Assembly: GCA_045863295.1 (NCBI GenBank)
Contig: BTWA01000007.1
Coordinates: 1-64,000 of the forward strand
DNA: 64,000 bases
Direction: 5' to 3'
Origin: Candidatus Hydrogenedentota bacterium
GTDB lineage: Bacteria; Hydrogenedentota; Hydrogenedentia; Hydrogenedentales; SLHB01
In this document: piece by piece, positions 38,060 to 48,354 of the stretch
Layout of the letters: every line of letters starts with the position of its first letter
How positions within the stretch are numbered: position 1 is the stretch's first letter
Position numbers and translations under genes: made by a program
Notes under the pieces: model-generated
What the model saw: the letters and a program-made list of their open reading frames with translations, nothing else
Database searches by the model: none
Told to the model about the DNA's origin: nothing

Positions 38060-39412
38060 ATGTCCGCAAATTGGTTCGTCGGAGTCATCGATTCAATTCG
38101 AAACGCACCCCTGTTGCGCGTGCTCCTGGTCGGATTCCTCGTGCTGCTGCTCTTGATCCCGGCACGCATGATCGAGGCGGCCATCTACGAACGTCAGAGC
38201 ACCCGAACCGAAGCCGTGGAAGAGGTTACTGGCAAATGGGGGAGGGCACAGAAACTGGTGGGTCCGTCGCTGGTCATCCCCTACACAAAACGATGGACCG
38301 AAACACTGGAAGACGGCGAAGTGCGGACGCGCAGCGAGGTGCAACATGCCACGTTCCTGCCGGAACTCCTCGAGGCGAACGGAACAATTACGAGCGAATC
38401 ACGCCACCGGGGAATCTTCGAAGTGCCAGTATACAACGCGTCTCTCGCGCTGGCTGGCCGTTTCATCAAACCGAGTTTTGCGGAATGGGGTATCCCGGAA
38501 GACGACATCCAGTGGGAGAGGGCTTACGTGGCCATGGGCATTTCGGACGCCCGTGGTATTTCGAAAGAGGCAACACTGAACTGGAATGGATCGCCGCAGG
38601 ATTTTCTACCGGGCATGGGCAAATGGGGGGCAGGGGCATCCGGGATTCACTCGCCGATCGTGGGAAGCCTGACCGGCGAACTCTTCGAATTCTCCTTCGC
38701 TCTCGAGTTAAAGGGCAGCGAAGATTTGTTCTTCGCGCCATTTGGCAAGAAGACAGTCGTATCGCTGGAGTCCGATTGGCCCGATCCGAGCTTCCAAGGC
38801 AACTGGCTTCCCGGTGCCCGCGATGTCGATGCGCACGGATTCAAGGCGACCTGGGACATCCCATTCCTGGGACGCAACTATCCCCAGGCGTGGCTGTCCG
38901 AGTCGGGAACGGAAGCGCAGATCGACGCCTCCACGTTTGGCGTAAGACTGGTGTCGCCCGTGGATGCCTACCGTATGGCGGAACGGAGCGTGAAGTATGC
39001 GTTCTTGTTCATGGCGCTTACGTTCGGCGTGCTGTGGCTCTTCGAAGTGCTCGGAAAGCGGCGGGTTCATCCGCTTCAATACCTCTTGATTGGGGCGGCG
39101 ATGTGCGTGTTTTATCTGCTCGAATTGTCGCTCGCGGAGCATATCGGGTTCATCGCGGCGTACGTGCTGGCGAGCTTGGCGGTCATCGTGCTGATCAGTG
39201 CGTACAGCGTGGCCGTGTTGAAAAGTCTGCGCCGCTCGGCCGTCGTGGGCACGGCGCTGGCCGTGTTGTACGGGTATCTCTACGTCTTGTTGAACAACCA
39301 GGACTATGCCCTGCTCATTGGCTCGGTGGGCCTGTTCTGCGTGATTGCCGGCACCATGTACCTGACGCGCAAATTGGATTGGTATTCGCTGCAGACCGGA
39401 AATGGGCAGTAG
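38060..39412 (+). CDS. creD: Cell envelope integrity protein CreD
   Basis: RGIFEVPVY, SDWPDPSFQGNWLP, ERSVKYA, HPLQYLLIG, LSLAEHIGF, MYLTRKLDWY. Confidence 0.93.
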   Translation: MSANWFVGVIDSIRNAPLLRVLLVGFLVLLLLIPARMIEAAIYERQSTRTEAVEEVTGKWGRAQKLVGPSLVIPYTKRWTETLEDGEVRTRSEVQHATFLPELLEANGTITSESRHRGIFEVPVYNASLALAGRFIKPSFAEWGIPEDDIQWERAYVAMGISDARGISKEATLNWNGSPQDFLPGMGKWGAGASGIHSPIVGSLTGELFEFSFALELKGSEDLFFAPFGKKTVVSLESDWPDPSFQGNWLPGARDVDAHGFKATWDIPFLGRNYPQAWLSESGTEAQIDASTFGVRLVSPVDAYRMAERSVKYAFLFMALTFGVLWLFEVLGKRRVHPLQYLLIGAAMCVFYLLELSLAEHIGFIAAYVLASLAVIVLISAYSVAVLKSLRRSAVVGTALAVLYGYLYVLLNNQDYALLIGSVGLFCVIAGTMYLTRKLDWYSLQTGNGQ

Positions 39413-39464
39413 CGCGAAACCACTCCGCAATTGGCTCGGTCCGGAGATGATGTGCTCGGATCAT

Positions 39465-39503
39465 AAAAAGCGCGCCCCGGATCGTTCTGCAATCCGGGGC
39501 GCG
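39465..39503. terminator. Terminator between convergent genes
   Basis: AAAAA-gCGCGCCCCGGAT...ATCCGGGGCGCG. Confidence 0.7.
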
Positions 39504-39517
39504 ACGTGTTGCTTCGC

Positions 39518-40801
39518 TCAGGCCAATTGCGGCACTTCAAATCCGGGCCGGTAGGCGCGGCTCAACATGGAATTGGCCTCGTCGTCGTTCTTGAACCGCT
39601 CCGTCTCCGGATCGAACTCGAGGGACCGGCCAAGCCGATACGAGATGTTTGCAAGGTGGCAATGCACGCAGGAGATGTGCCCCTGTTCGGGCGTTCCGTG
39701 GACCATGCTCTTGTCTCGCGCATGTACCGCCGCAAGGAAATTGCCAAAGGCGCCTTTGGTCTCCACGTCCGCCATGGGCACCTGCATGGGTTTGTCTTCC
39801 TTGTCGAAAAAGCCCTTTTCTTCGGTGAGATATCCATCTGAACCATAAAAGAGATTGCCGACTTTTACGCCGCCTTCATCGTTGGTGAAGCGGCTGCGCA
39901 CTTCGAAAACAAACATGGTGCCGTCGGCATACTTGAAGGTGGCCACGTGCGTGTTCGGCGTCTGTCCCTGATCCTTGTAAGTAAAGCGTCCGCCTTCGCT
40001 GAACACCTTGACCGGCAGCCCCTTGTTCATACCCCAGGCGCCGATGTCCATCTGGTGTACGCCCTGATTGCCGATTTCCCCGTTGCCGTAGTTCCAGAAC
40101 CAGTGCCACGTATACGGGTGGTATTTCTCATTGTAGGGCTGTTCTTCGGCCGGGCCCTGCCACATTTCCCAATTCAGATAGTCGGGTGCCGCGGCATTGT
40201 CGGCAAAGCCAATCGATCCGCGGTTCCCGTTCTTGTAGCACAGGCCGCGCGCCATGTAGACCTCGCCGATACAGCCGCTCTGCAGCGCTTGCATGTACTG
40301 CATCCATTTGGCCGAGGATCGGCTTTGCGTTCCGTGTTGCACGATGCGGTCGGATTTTGCGGCCGCCGCGGCCAGTTGACGGCCTTCGAAAATGTTGTGC
40401 GACAGGGGCTTCTCGACGTAGACATCCTTGCCGTTTTGCACGGCCCAGATCGCCAGCAGCGAGTGCCAATGATTCGGCGTCGCAATCGAAACTACGTCTA
40501 CAGACGGATCCGAAACAATCTCGCGCGCGTCGGAAGTCAATCGCGCGTCCTTGCCCGTGGCGTCTTTCAATGTCTTTGCCCGGGCTTCCAGCGTGCGCTG
40601 GTCGGTATCGCACAACGCGACCACCTCAGAAAGCTCGCTGGTGGAAAACTCCTTCACATGATCCTTGCCGCGTCCACCAATGCCGCAGCAGGCCACCCGC
40701 ACCTTGCTGTTCGCGCCAAACACCTTGCCCTTGGCCATCGTACCCGCCACAATAACCGCAGCCGCCGACGATCCGATGAACTTTCTCCGTGAGATTGCCA
40801 T
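39518..40801 (-). CDS. Tat-exported Gfo/Idh/MocA oxidoreductase (paralog A)
   Basis: SRRKFI, ATPNHWH, GKDVYVEKP, NQGVHQMD. Confidence 0.92.
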   Translation of the reverse strand: MAISRRKFIGSSAAAVIVAGTMAKGKVFGANSKVRVACCGIGGRGKDHVKEFSTSELSEVVALCDTDQRTLEARAKTLKDATGKDARLTSDAREIVSDPSVDVVSIATPNHWHSLLAIWAVQNGKDVYVEKPLSHNIFEGRQLAAAAAKSDRIVQHGTQSRSSAKWMQYMQALQSGCIGEVYMARGLCYKNGNRGSIGFADNAAAPDYLNWEMWQGPAEEQPYNEKYHPYTWHWFWNYGNGEIGNQGVHQMDIGAWGMNKGLPVKVFSEGGRFTYKDQGQTPNTHVATFKYADGTMFVFEVRSRFTNDEGGVKVGNLFYGSDGYLTEEKGFFDKEDKPMQVPMADVETKGAFGNFLAAVHARDKSMVHGTPEQGHISCVHCHLANISYRLGRSLEFDPETERFKNDDEANSMLSRAYRPGFEVPQLA

Positions 40802-41001
40802 TGCCGTTCCCCTTTTGCCTGGTTTCAGCAGGGTTCTTGCCCTCGAAGTTCAATTCGCCCCGGAAATTTCGCCATGGCCCGATGGGACGGGACGAACGAT
40901 ATACGAACCCTAACGGTACCGTTTTTTACCCTCGGTGTCCACCCGATCGCATAAAAAAAGCCCCTCGCCCATCGTGGGAAAGGGGCATGGGTTCTATGGC
41001 C

Positions 41002-42285
41002 TCAGGCCAACTGCGGCACTTCGAATCCCGCGCGGTATTCGCGGGAAAGCATGGCATTGGCCTCGTCGTCGTTCTTGAAGCGTTCCGTTTCGGGATCGAA
41101 CTCCAGCGACCGTCCCAAGCGATACGAAATGTTGGCCAAGTGGCAATGCACGCACGAAATGTGGCCTTGCAGCGCGTTGCCATGGACCAGACTCTTGTCG
41201 CGCGCATGAACGGCCGTTAGAAAGTTGCCGAAAGCACCTTCGGACGTCATCTCCGGCATGGGAACGTCCATCTTCTTGTCTTCTTTGTCGAAGAAGCCCA
41301 AGTTTTCGGACAAGTAGCCGTCTGACCCGTAAAAGAGGTTGCCGACTTTGACACCACCTTCATCATTGGTAAAACGGCTACGTACTTCAAAGACGAACAT
41401 GGTGCCATCGGCATACTTGAACGTGGCCACGTGAGTATTCGGCGTCTGACCTTGATCCTTGTAGGTGAAGCGTCCGCCTTCGCTGAATACTTTCACCGGC
41501 AGGCCCTTGTTCATGCCCCAGGTACCGATGTCCATCTGATGTACGCCTTGATTGCCGATTTCGCCGTTGCCGTAATGCCAGAACCAGTGCCACGTGTAGG
41601 GGTGATACTTTTCGTTGTAGGCCTGCTCGGCCGCGGGACCCTGCCACATGTTCCAGTCCAGGTATTCAGGCGGCGTCGCGTCCTCCGCAAACCCGATAGA
41701 ACCGCGATTCCCGTTCTTGTAGCAAAGGCCGCGGGCCATGTAGACCTCGCCGATACAACCGCTCTGCAGTGCCTGAATGTATTGCATCCATCGCACATCG
41801 GACCGGCTCTGCGTGCCATGCTGTACGATGCGATCCGACTTCTCCATCGCGGCGACCAACTGCCGTCCTTCGTATATGTTGTGGGAAAGGGGCTTCTCGA
41901 CATACACGTCTTTGCCAGCCTGAATGCCCCAAATGGCCATCAGCGTGTGCCAATGATTGGGAGTCGCAATGGAGATAATGTCAATGGAATCGTCGGCCAG
42001 CACGTCACGCACGTCTGTGAACGTCTTGGGCTCCATCCCGGTGGCCTCCTTGAGGGCCTTCGCGCGACTTTCGAGTACGTTCTTATCAGGGTCGCATAGT
42101 ACAGCTACTTCGGATCGAGGATCGCTCGAAAACGCGTTGATGTGTGATCCGCCACGGCCATTGATGCCGCAACAGGCCACCCGCGCCTTTGCGTTGGCCC
42201 CAAATACCTTGCCCTTGGCCACCGTACCCGCCGCAATTACCGCGGCCGCCGATGCGCCGATGAACTTCCTGCGTGAAACATTCAT
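41002..42285 (-). CDS. Tat-exported Gfo/Idh/MocA oxidoreductase (paralog B)
   Basis: Same motifs; ATG at 42285 gives the same length as paralog A (1284 nt). Confidence 0.92.
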   Translation of the reverse strand: MNVSRRKFIGASAAAVIAAGTVAKGKVFGANAKARVACCGINGRGGSHINAFSSDPRSEVAVLCDPDKNVLESRAKALKEATGMEPKTFTDVRDVLADDSIDIISIATPNHWHTLMAIWGIQAGKDVYVEKPLSHNIYEGRQLVAAMEKSDRIVQHGTQSRSDVRWMQYIQALQSGCIGEVYMARGLCYKNGNRGSIGFAEDATPPEYLDWNMWQGPAAEQAYNEKYHPYTWHWFWHYGNGEIGNQGVHQMDIGTWGMNKGLPVKVFSEGGRFTYKDQGQTPNTHVATFKYADGTMFVFEVRSRFTNDEGGVKVGNLFYGSDGYLSENLGFFDKEDKKMDVPMPEMTSEGAFGNFLTAVHARDKSLVHGNALQGHISCVHCHLANISYRLGRSLEFDPETERFKNDDEANAMLSREYRAGFEVPQLA

Positions 42286-42737
42286 GGTACAAACCCCTTG
42301 TACGTGATTGAGAGTTCCCGACCCATGCCAAGCAGCCCGTAAACACGGATTTCGAAACATAATGGCGAAAAAAGAACCGTAACACAACCCGAAAAACGCC
42401 CCGGCTGGCCGTAATTGACGCATCACTCCAAGGCGAAGGACAAACCCGCATGCAACACGCTCGCGTAAGACAGATAGGGAGTGTTTTCATGGTGCCAAGA
42501 GCTCACCCGGAATCGTCGCCCCAACGGAAGCGAACATGTCACGCGCAACAGTGCGTACGAACGGGGTGTCGCTCCAATCGCGACCGAAAAACAACGACTT
42601 ACGAAGATTTCGCCTTACCCCCCCCTTGAATCGTCAAAAAATGAGTAGGAACACCCCCTGTATGCGAACCATGCAACAGGTTCCCCAAATATGTAGGTGC
42701 CGTTCGGTTCCGGCTCGTGCCAGCTTGCCCGGGGCGG

Positions 42738-44039
42738 TCACGTAATTTCAGGAACGGTGAAGTCCGGGTGGTAGTGTCGTGTGAGCATGGCGTTGGCCTC
42801 GTCGTCGTTGACGAACCTTTCTGTGGCCGGGTCGAAGTCCAAAGCGCGGCCCAAGCGGTAGGAGATGTTGGCCAAATGACCGTGTGCAGAAGCGATGAAT
42901 CCTTCGGATGCAGGAGCGAAGTTGTCTTCTTCCTTACCGGAGAGTACCGCAGTAACAAAGTTCTGCCAGCACCCCTCGGTCTTTACCCCGGGGTCTTTGA
43001 CCGAGAGGGTCTTGTCGTTGTTGCCTACGAATCGATATTGATTGTCTTCTTTCGCTTCGTCGCCGTCGATGAAGTAACCCTCGGATCCGTAAAAGAGGTT
43101 GCCGATGCGCGTATCGGCTTCGAAGTTGGTGGCGCGACCGCGCACTTCGAAGGCCAACGTGGCTCCGTCGGCGTAGGTAAATGTGGCGAGTTCAGTGTTT
43201 GGGGTCTCTGCTTGATCTTTATAGCCGTACCGCCCGCCAGCGGCATAGACCCTTGTAGGCAGTCCTTTGTTCAGGCCCCAAATCGCGACGTCCATCTGGT
43301 GGACGCCCTGGTTGCCGATATCCCCATTGCCGTAGGCCCAGAACCAGTGCCAGTTGTAATGCACATAGTTCTTGCAGAATTCCGCGCGTTCGGCCGGGCC
43401 TTGCCAAATATCCCAGTGAAGTTCTTTGGGCGGCGCCTCGAACGGCGCAAAGCCGATGGAGTCGCGACGCTTGTAGCAAAGTGCACGAGCCATGTAAATA
43501 TCGCCGATGACACCATCACGCAGATGTCGGATTGTCTGAAGCCATTTTGTCTCCGATCGGGCCTGGGTGCCGTGTTGCACAATCTTGCCCGACTTCTTCG
43601 CGAGATTGACGAGTTGGCGGCCTTCCCACACGTTGTGGCAGAGCGGCTTTTCGACATACACGTGCTTGCCGGCCTGTAACGCCCAGATGGCCGCGAGCGT
43701 GTGCCAGTGGTTCGGCGTGGCAATGGTGATAGCGTCGATGGAGGGTTCCTCAAACATGACCCGCATATCGGTGAAGGGTTTGATGTCGCCGCCGGTCTTG
43801 ATGCGGAGTTGGTTGACACGGTCACTCAGCACACGCTCATCGACATCGCAGAGGGCTGTGATTTGTGCGCCTTGGGTGTCGCAGAGCGCGCCCATATGCT
43901 CCTGGCCCCGGCTATTTAGTCCGATGCACCCGATATTGACGCGGCCGTTCGCACCAAAGACCTTGCCCTTCGCCATCGTGCCCGCAACGATCACTGCGGC
44001 CGCGGACGATCCGATAAATTTCCGTCTGCTGATGTTCAT
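42738..44039 (-). CDS. Tat-exported Gfo/Idh/MocA oxidoreductase (paralog C)
   Basis: SRRKFI, ATPNHWH, GKHVYVEKP, NQGVHQMD. Confidence 0.92.
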   Translation of the reverse strand: MNISRRKFIGSSAAAVIVAGTMAKGKVFGANGRVNIGCIGLNSRGQEHMGALCDTQGAQITALCDVDERVLSDRVNQLRIKTGGDIKPFTDMRVMFEEPSIDAITIATPNHWHTLAAIWALQAGKHVYVEKPLCHNVWEGRQLVNLAKKSGKIVQHGTQARSETKWLQTIRHLRDGVIGDIYMARALCYKRRDSIGFAPFEAPPKELHWDIWQGPAERAEFCKNYVHYNWHWFWAYGNGDIGNQGVHQMDVAIWGLNKGLPTRVYAAGGRYGYKDQAETPNTELATFTYADGATLAFEVRGRATNFEADTRIGNLFYGSEGYFIDGDEAKEDNQYRFVGNNDKTLSVKDPGVKTEGCWQNFVTAVLSGKEEDNFAPASEGFIASAHGHLANISYRLGRALDFDPATERFVNDDEANAMLTRHYHPDFTVPEIT

Positions 44040-44152
44040 GGCATGCGCCCTCGCAAGTTCAAGCCGCCGAATGCATCACGTCAAATGACGTACTGAAGCA
44101 GTCATTATAGGAGACAAAACAGAAAGGCGCAAAAGGAGTGTCGCGCGGATGG

Positions 44153-44947
44153 TCACATGCCGGGACTCGTTTTTCGGCATGCCTCGAGGCGGGTTTCCTC
44201 GGCCGGCCCGGACTGAGACACATGAACGAAGACAAGTACGCCATGAATGGTGACTAACAATACCCCTGCAATCGCTGGCAACGTCATGGACTGCATTAAC
44301 GCTATGGCGAAGAAGAACAGGATAATCGTAAGGCCCGGCAACGAAGATCGTAGGGGTATGGGATGGTTGGGAGATTTTGCAATCGCTGTTGTGAAAAGAA
44401 ACAGACCGGTAAGGAACCACCCAAGGAAGTTGGACGCGGGAATTCCGTAGTACGTACCGTGCGAGTGCCAGGTCCAGAGGGCCATGGGGCCCACGGCCAC
44501 GGGATCTACAAGCAAGTCGGCTATCACCAACAACAACGATCCGCAGACAATTTTCTGCCATGAGGCAAAGCTTCCTTGACTGATCAGCACGTGGGCATAA
44601 GCAAAAATGGTAATCCACGCGGCAATCATCGTGATGGGCGCACCGAAAAAGCTTGGCCCCAATGCGTCCGTGTAATGGTACGCGCCGAAAGGATATCCGG
44701 TCTGGACACCAATCACTTCGATGGCCCATCCCGCCATGCCAGCTCCAACACTGCGCATGCGATGAACTGGCGGTAAACGTTTGAGGGTCAACGCGGCGGC
44801 AAACCAAAGGAAGAACGGACCGGCCCATGCGGCCTCGGGCCGGGGAGTAGAACCAGGCATGTACCCGAGCAGGCCAAAGATCCAAAAGAGGCCATACACG
44901 ATCCACATGCAATGGCTAAGCGACTTCATGAAAAGTGCTGTGTTCAT
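44153..44947 (-). CDS. cruF: Carotenoid biosynthesis membrane protein, CruF-like (1',2'-hydratase)
   Basis: EVIGVQTGYPFGAYHY, DLLVDPVA, YYGIPASNFLGW; multi-TM; crt cluster context. Confidence 0.8.
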   Translation of the reverse strand: MNTALFMKSLSHCMWIVYGLFWIFGLLGYMPGSTPRPEAAWAGPFFLWFAAALTLKRLPPVHRMRSVGAGMAGWAIEVIGVQTGYPFGAYHYTDALGPSFFGAPITMIAAWITIFAYAHVLISQGSFASWQKIVCGSLLLVIADLLVDPVAVGPMALWTWHSHGTYYGIPASNFLGWFLTGLFLFTTAIAKSPNHPIPLRSSLPGLTIILFFFAIALMQSMTLPAIAGVLLVTIHGVLVFVHVSQSGPAEETRLEACRKTSPGM

Positions 44948-46454
44948 GGCGTTCGATGAGATCCACGGTTATCTTGGATGATAGCACGACGTTGGGAGTG
45001 CCACCGCCCGGGTGCCCGCTGCCTCCAACTCGGTAGAGGCCGGCATAGCCGCGCACCCTGGCGGCAGGGCGGAGAAACGCGTTTCGTATACCATGCGATG
45101 CCGCACCGTAAATGGCCCCACCCGGCATCAGATAGGATTCGTGCAGGTGAGCCGGGGTCAAAATCTTTTCGACGTGGATGTCGCACTCTGCAATGGTCAA
45201 TCCACTTGCGGCAAGGCGGGCTAGTACCCGGCGGCGCGCCTCTTCGCGCATGGCAAACGTCCAAACCGAAGGATCCGATGCCGGCGCATTGGCCATGATG
45301 AAAAGGGACTCGCCGTTTGGCGGCGCCGCGCTGGCGTCCGTCTTGCTCGCGACGCAGACATACACAGTCGGGTCTTTGGGAAAGACGCGCAGTTCGAACA
45401 ACTGGGAGAATTCCTTCTGATAGTCTCGGGTAAAGAAGACATTATGATGAAGCAAGTCCGGCAATTTGCGTTTGATGCCCAACATCATCACGAAACCGGA
45501 GAGGGAGAGATGCCGTGGCGTTCCCTGGCCTTCCGAATCACCCAGCAGACCCGGGAGGCAAGAAGCATCGCCGTTCATTACGACAACCTCCGCGGGCAAG
45601 TGAGTGGGGCCGTCGAGTGTAACGCCGGTGACTTTGCCTGCCTCGGTGTCAATGCATTGAACTGTCGCGTTGGTCTTGATTTCGACCCCAAGTCTCTCTC
45701 CAATTGTCACGAGGCTCTGGATCAAGGTGTAGAGCCCGCCCCGTATATGCCAACCGCCGAACGCATGTTCGATGTAAGGGATAACCGCGAACATGGCGGG
45801 GCACTGGTACGGAGACGAGCCGACGTATGTCGGATAACGGTTCATCACCATGCGCAGATGTGGACTCCGGAAGTACATATTCACGAGGTGGGTGTATCGC
45901 AGGCTGAAGTGCCGCCAAGGCGTATTCAGGAAAGTGCCAATGTTCGCCCAAGGCGGAACATGGCCCACCGGATGCTCCAGAAAAGTCTTCTTCGACAGTT
46001 CGTACAAGCGTTTTCCCAGCGCCACGAAATTCGGCCATTGGGCCGCGTCGCCCGGATTCAACGCGTGCAGCGTTTCCAACAAGCGGGACGTGTCTGTATG
46101 CCAGTCGAATCGGACTCCGTCCGCAAACACATACCGCGCGAGGGGGGTCAACGGAAGCAAGTCGAGGTGTTCATCCAATCGCTCTCCGATGTCTTCATAC
46201 AATTCTCTGAAGACCCAAGGCATGGTGATGAGCGATGGGCCGGTATCAAATTGGAATCCGCCTTCTGTCCACCGGTTCATCTTCCCGCCCGGCGATTCGC
46301 TGCGTTCGCACACGGTAACGCGCCAACCACGCCGGGCCAGACGAACCGCTGTGCACAAACCTCCAAGCCCCGCTCCGACTACAATTGCGCGCCGGACGTT
46401 GCGGCCGGCTTGGACTGCCGCGGCTCGCGCGGCCGGTACATGCGACCTTTCCAT
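44916..46454 (-). CDS. CrtI-family carotenoid desaturase (CrtD-like)
   Basis: VVGAGLGGL, FQFDTGPSLITMP, RYPTYVGSSPY, GGAIYG, HPGGGTP; GAAGGAG before ATG 46454. Confidence 0.82.
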   Translation of the reverse strand: MERSHVPAARAAAVQAGRNVRRAIVVGAGLGGLCTAVRLARRGWRVTVCERSESPGGKMNRWTEGGFQFDTGPSLITMPWVFRELYEDIGERLDEHLDLLPLTPLARYVFADGVRFDWHTDTSRLLETLHALNPGDAAQWPNFVALGKRLYELSKKTFLEHPVGHVPPWANIGTFLNTPWRHFSLRYTHLVNMYFRSPHLRMVMNRYPTYVGSSPYQCPAMFAVIPYIEHAFGGWHIRGGLYTLIQSLVTIGERLGVEIKTNATVQCIDTEAGKVTGVTLDGPTHLPAEVVVMNGDASCLPGLLGDSEGQGTPRHLSLSGFVMMLGIKRKLPDLLHHNVFFTRDYQKEFSQLFELRVFPKDPTVYVCVASKTDASAAPPNGESLFIMANAPASDPSVWTFAMREEARRRVLARLAASGLTIAECDIHVEKILTPAHLHESYLMPGGAIYGAASHGIRNAFLRPAARVRGYAGLYRVGGSGHPGGGTPNVVLSSKITVDLIERHEHSTFHEVA

Positions 46455-47542
46455 GAAACTCCTTCTCCGTGCAAATAGCGATGCCTTGATGAAAAACACA
46501 AGGCTACAAACAGACATTCAACCACCGGATGCAGTACGACCGTGATCCACCCTTGGCAAAACCGGACAGCCAGCGCCGATCGCGCGGCGAGTGTGACCAA
46601 AGCCGCCGTCCAAATCGGCCACTCTAGTCGATCGGTGAAGAGATCGATCGGAATGTAGATAAATGGACCCAGGAATACGGCTGCGTGCAGCAATGTGAAG
46701 ATCCAGAATGAACTATCTCGCCTGAATGCCGGGTACACTACTTTCTGGAAACCACTCCAAATAGATGCGAATGAGTTATACATACGGACGTGAACAACAT
46801 CTTGTCCGTCCAGACACACGCCAAATTCACCGTGTTCGCGCCATCTACGGGCAAGCACCGTATCTTCAAAAACTTCACTGCGGACCATGGCGTGTCCACC
46901 AATGCGGTGGTAAGTTTCACGGTGGGCCAGAATGCACGCACCGTGCGCAATTCCCAGCGAAGGTTCCTTTCGTTTCAGTGACAGGGGCGCGGGAAAGACG
47001 GAGAACACGCAGAAGTTGAGAAAGGGCATCAGAGCCCATTCCCAAGCACTGCCCATTTTCAGTCGCGGCCATGCGGAAACCATGGATGCATTTCGCGCAC
47101 ACGCTTCCGACACGAGCGCATCCACGGCGCCGGGCTGAAGCCGCGCGTCGGCGTCAATGAACAACAGCCAGTCGCCTTTCGCGGCGGCTGCAAGTTGATG
47201 ACAGGCGAACGGTTTTCCGCACCAATCCGAAGGCAAATCCGCAGTTGCGATTAGCCGGATGCGCGTGTCAAATTCGCCCGCTTCTCGGACGAGCTTAGCC
47301 GTATCGTCGTTGGAGTGATCGTCGTAGACGAGAACTTCCAACACGCCTTGTCCCAAATACCGCGTGTGCTCGAGACAGGACCCTATGTTGGCGGATTCGT
47401 TTCTGGCAGGTATGAGTATGGACACGGATTGAAATGTGGCGTGCGCGCCCAAAGGGATGCGCGCCCACGCAAATACATTCCATAGGCACACCGCGGAAAA
47501 TCCGGTTACCACCGCCAATAGAATTGCCTCGACCCATATCAT
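46379..47542 (-). CDS. GT2 carotenoid glycosyltransferase (CruC/CruG/CrtQ-like)
   Basis: SILIPARNE, DDHSND, WCGKPFAC, LFIDAD, ED, RMY, C-terminal SWKGR. Confidence 0.85.
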   Translation of the reverse strand: MIWVEAILLAVVTGFSAVCLWNVFAWARIPLGAHATFQSVSILIPARNESANIGSCLEHTRYLGQGVLEVLVYDDHSNDDTAKLVREAGEFDTRIRLIATADLPSDWCGKPFACHQLAAAAKGDWLLFIDADARLQPGAVDALVSEACARNASMVSAWPRLKMGSAWEWALMPFLNFCVFSVFPAPLSLKRKEPSLGIAHGACILAHRETYHRIGGHAMVRSEVFEDTVLARRWREHGEFGVCLDGQDVVHVRMYNSFASIWSGFQKVVYPAFRRDSSFWIFTLLHAAVFLGPFIYIPIDLFTDRLEWPIWTAALVTLAARSALAVRFCQGWITVVLHPVVECLFVALCFSSRHRYLHGEGVSWKGRMYRPREPRQSKPAATSGAQL

Positions 47543-48354
47543 ATGCCGTCTTTCGCCCGCTGGAATCGACTATGAAAGAGTATGTCTGCAAGTAACTCGG
47601 GGGATTCCTTGATGGGTGCGTGTCCCGTTTCCGAGAGTTCGACGAATGTGGCGCGGGGAAACGCTCCGGCATACATGGGGAGTGAGTTCTTGACCGCTCC
47701 GAGCGTCGATTTGGAGTGAACGATGGTAATGGGGCAATGCACCCCGGCGAATCTGGACAGGTTTTTCATACTCGCCATGACCTTCAGTTGGGCGATCGCG
47801 TCGGACGCAGGGAGGGCATCAAATCCCTTGGTCAAATCCGTGTCCTTTTGTCGTGCACGCCGAAGCGATCCATTTACCAGGAAACGTCCGAACTGGGTCT
47901 TGAATGCGGACCAATACGCGATACGCCCGGGCAATCCCCAGGTGAAGATCGCGAAGCAGAGCGGCAAATACGCGAATGGGTCAATTAACACCAGATCCTT
48001 GATTGTGCTAGGCCGAAGGCGAGCCAATTCCAACGCGTAGAGTGCGCCGCCGCAGTAACCAATCGCTGTGAGTGTTTTCGATTGCGATGCGTCTACCGCG
48101 GTTAACACGGGCATCATCATGTCGACCACCGTCCATGTCTTGGGCCGTGGGGCCTCGCCATGACCAGGCAAATCGGGAGCGAGCAATTGAACGTCGTCTG
48201 GTACATGGGGAAGCAATGGCGAAAATGTGCGATGGCTGCCGGCCCATCCATGCAAGGCAATGTACACTCGGCGGCAATCTTTCGCCGCATGTAACCGGAT
48301 CTGATTGCGCCCGGTAGGCACAAGACCAGGGGTATTCGGGACGGACGCACTCAC
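47539..48354 (-). CDS. Alpha/beta-fold hydrolase with Cys nucleophile elbow
   Basis: LHGWAG, PDLPGHG, GYCGG, TGH. Confidence 0.8.
   Translation of the reverse strand: MSASVPNTPGLVPTGRNQIRLHAAKDCRRVYIALHGWAGSHRTFSPLLPHVPDDVQLLAPDLPGHGEAPRPKTWTVVDMMMPVLTAVDASQSKTLTAIGYCGGALYALELARLRPSTIKDLVLIDPFAYLPLCFAIFTWGLPGRIAYWSAFKTQFGRFLVNGSLRRARQKDTDLTKGFDALPASDAIAQLKVMASMKNLSRFAGVHCPITIVHSKSTLGAVKNSLPMYAGAFPRATFVELSETGHAPIKESPELLADILFHSRFQRAKDGI

Noticed and set aside
38011..39450. 479-aa alternative-frame ORF over creD
   Set aside because: Arg/Gly-rich off-frame ORF typical of high-GC codon bias
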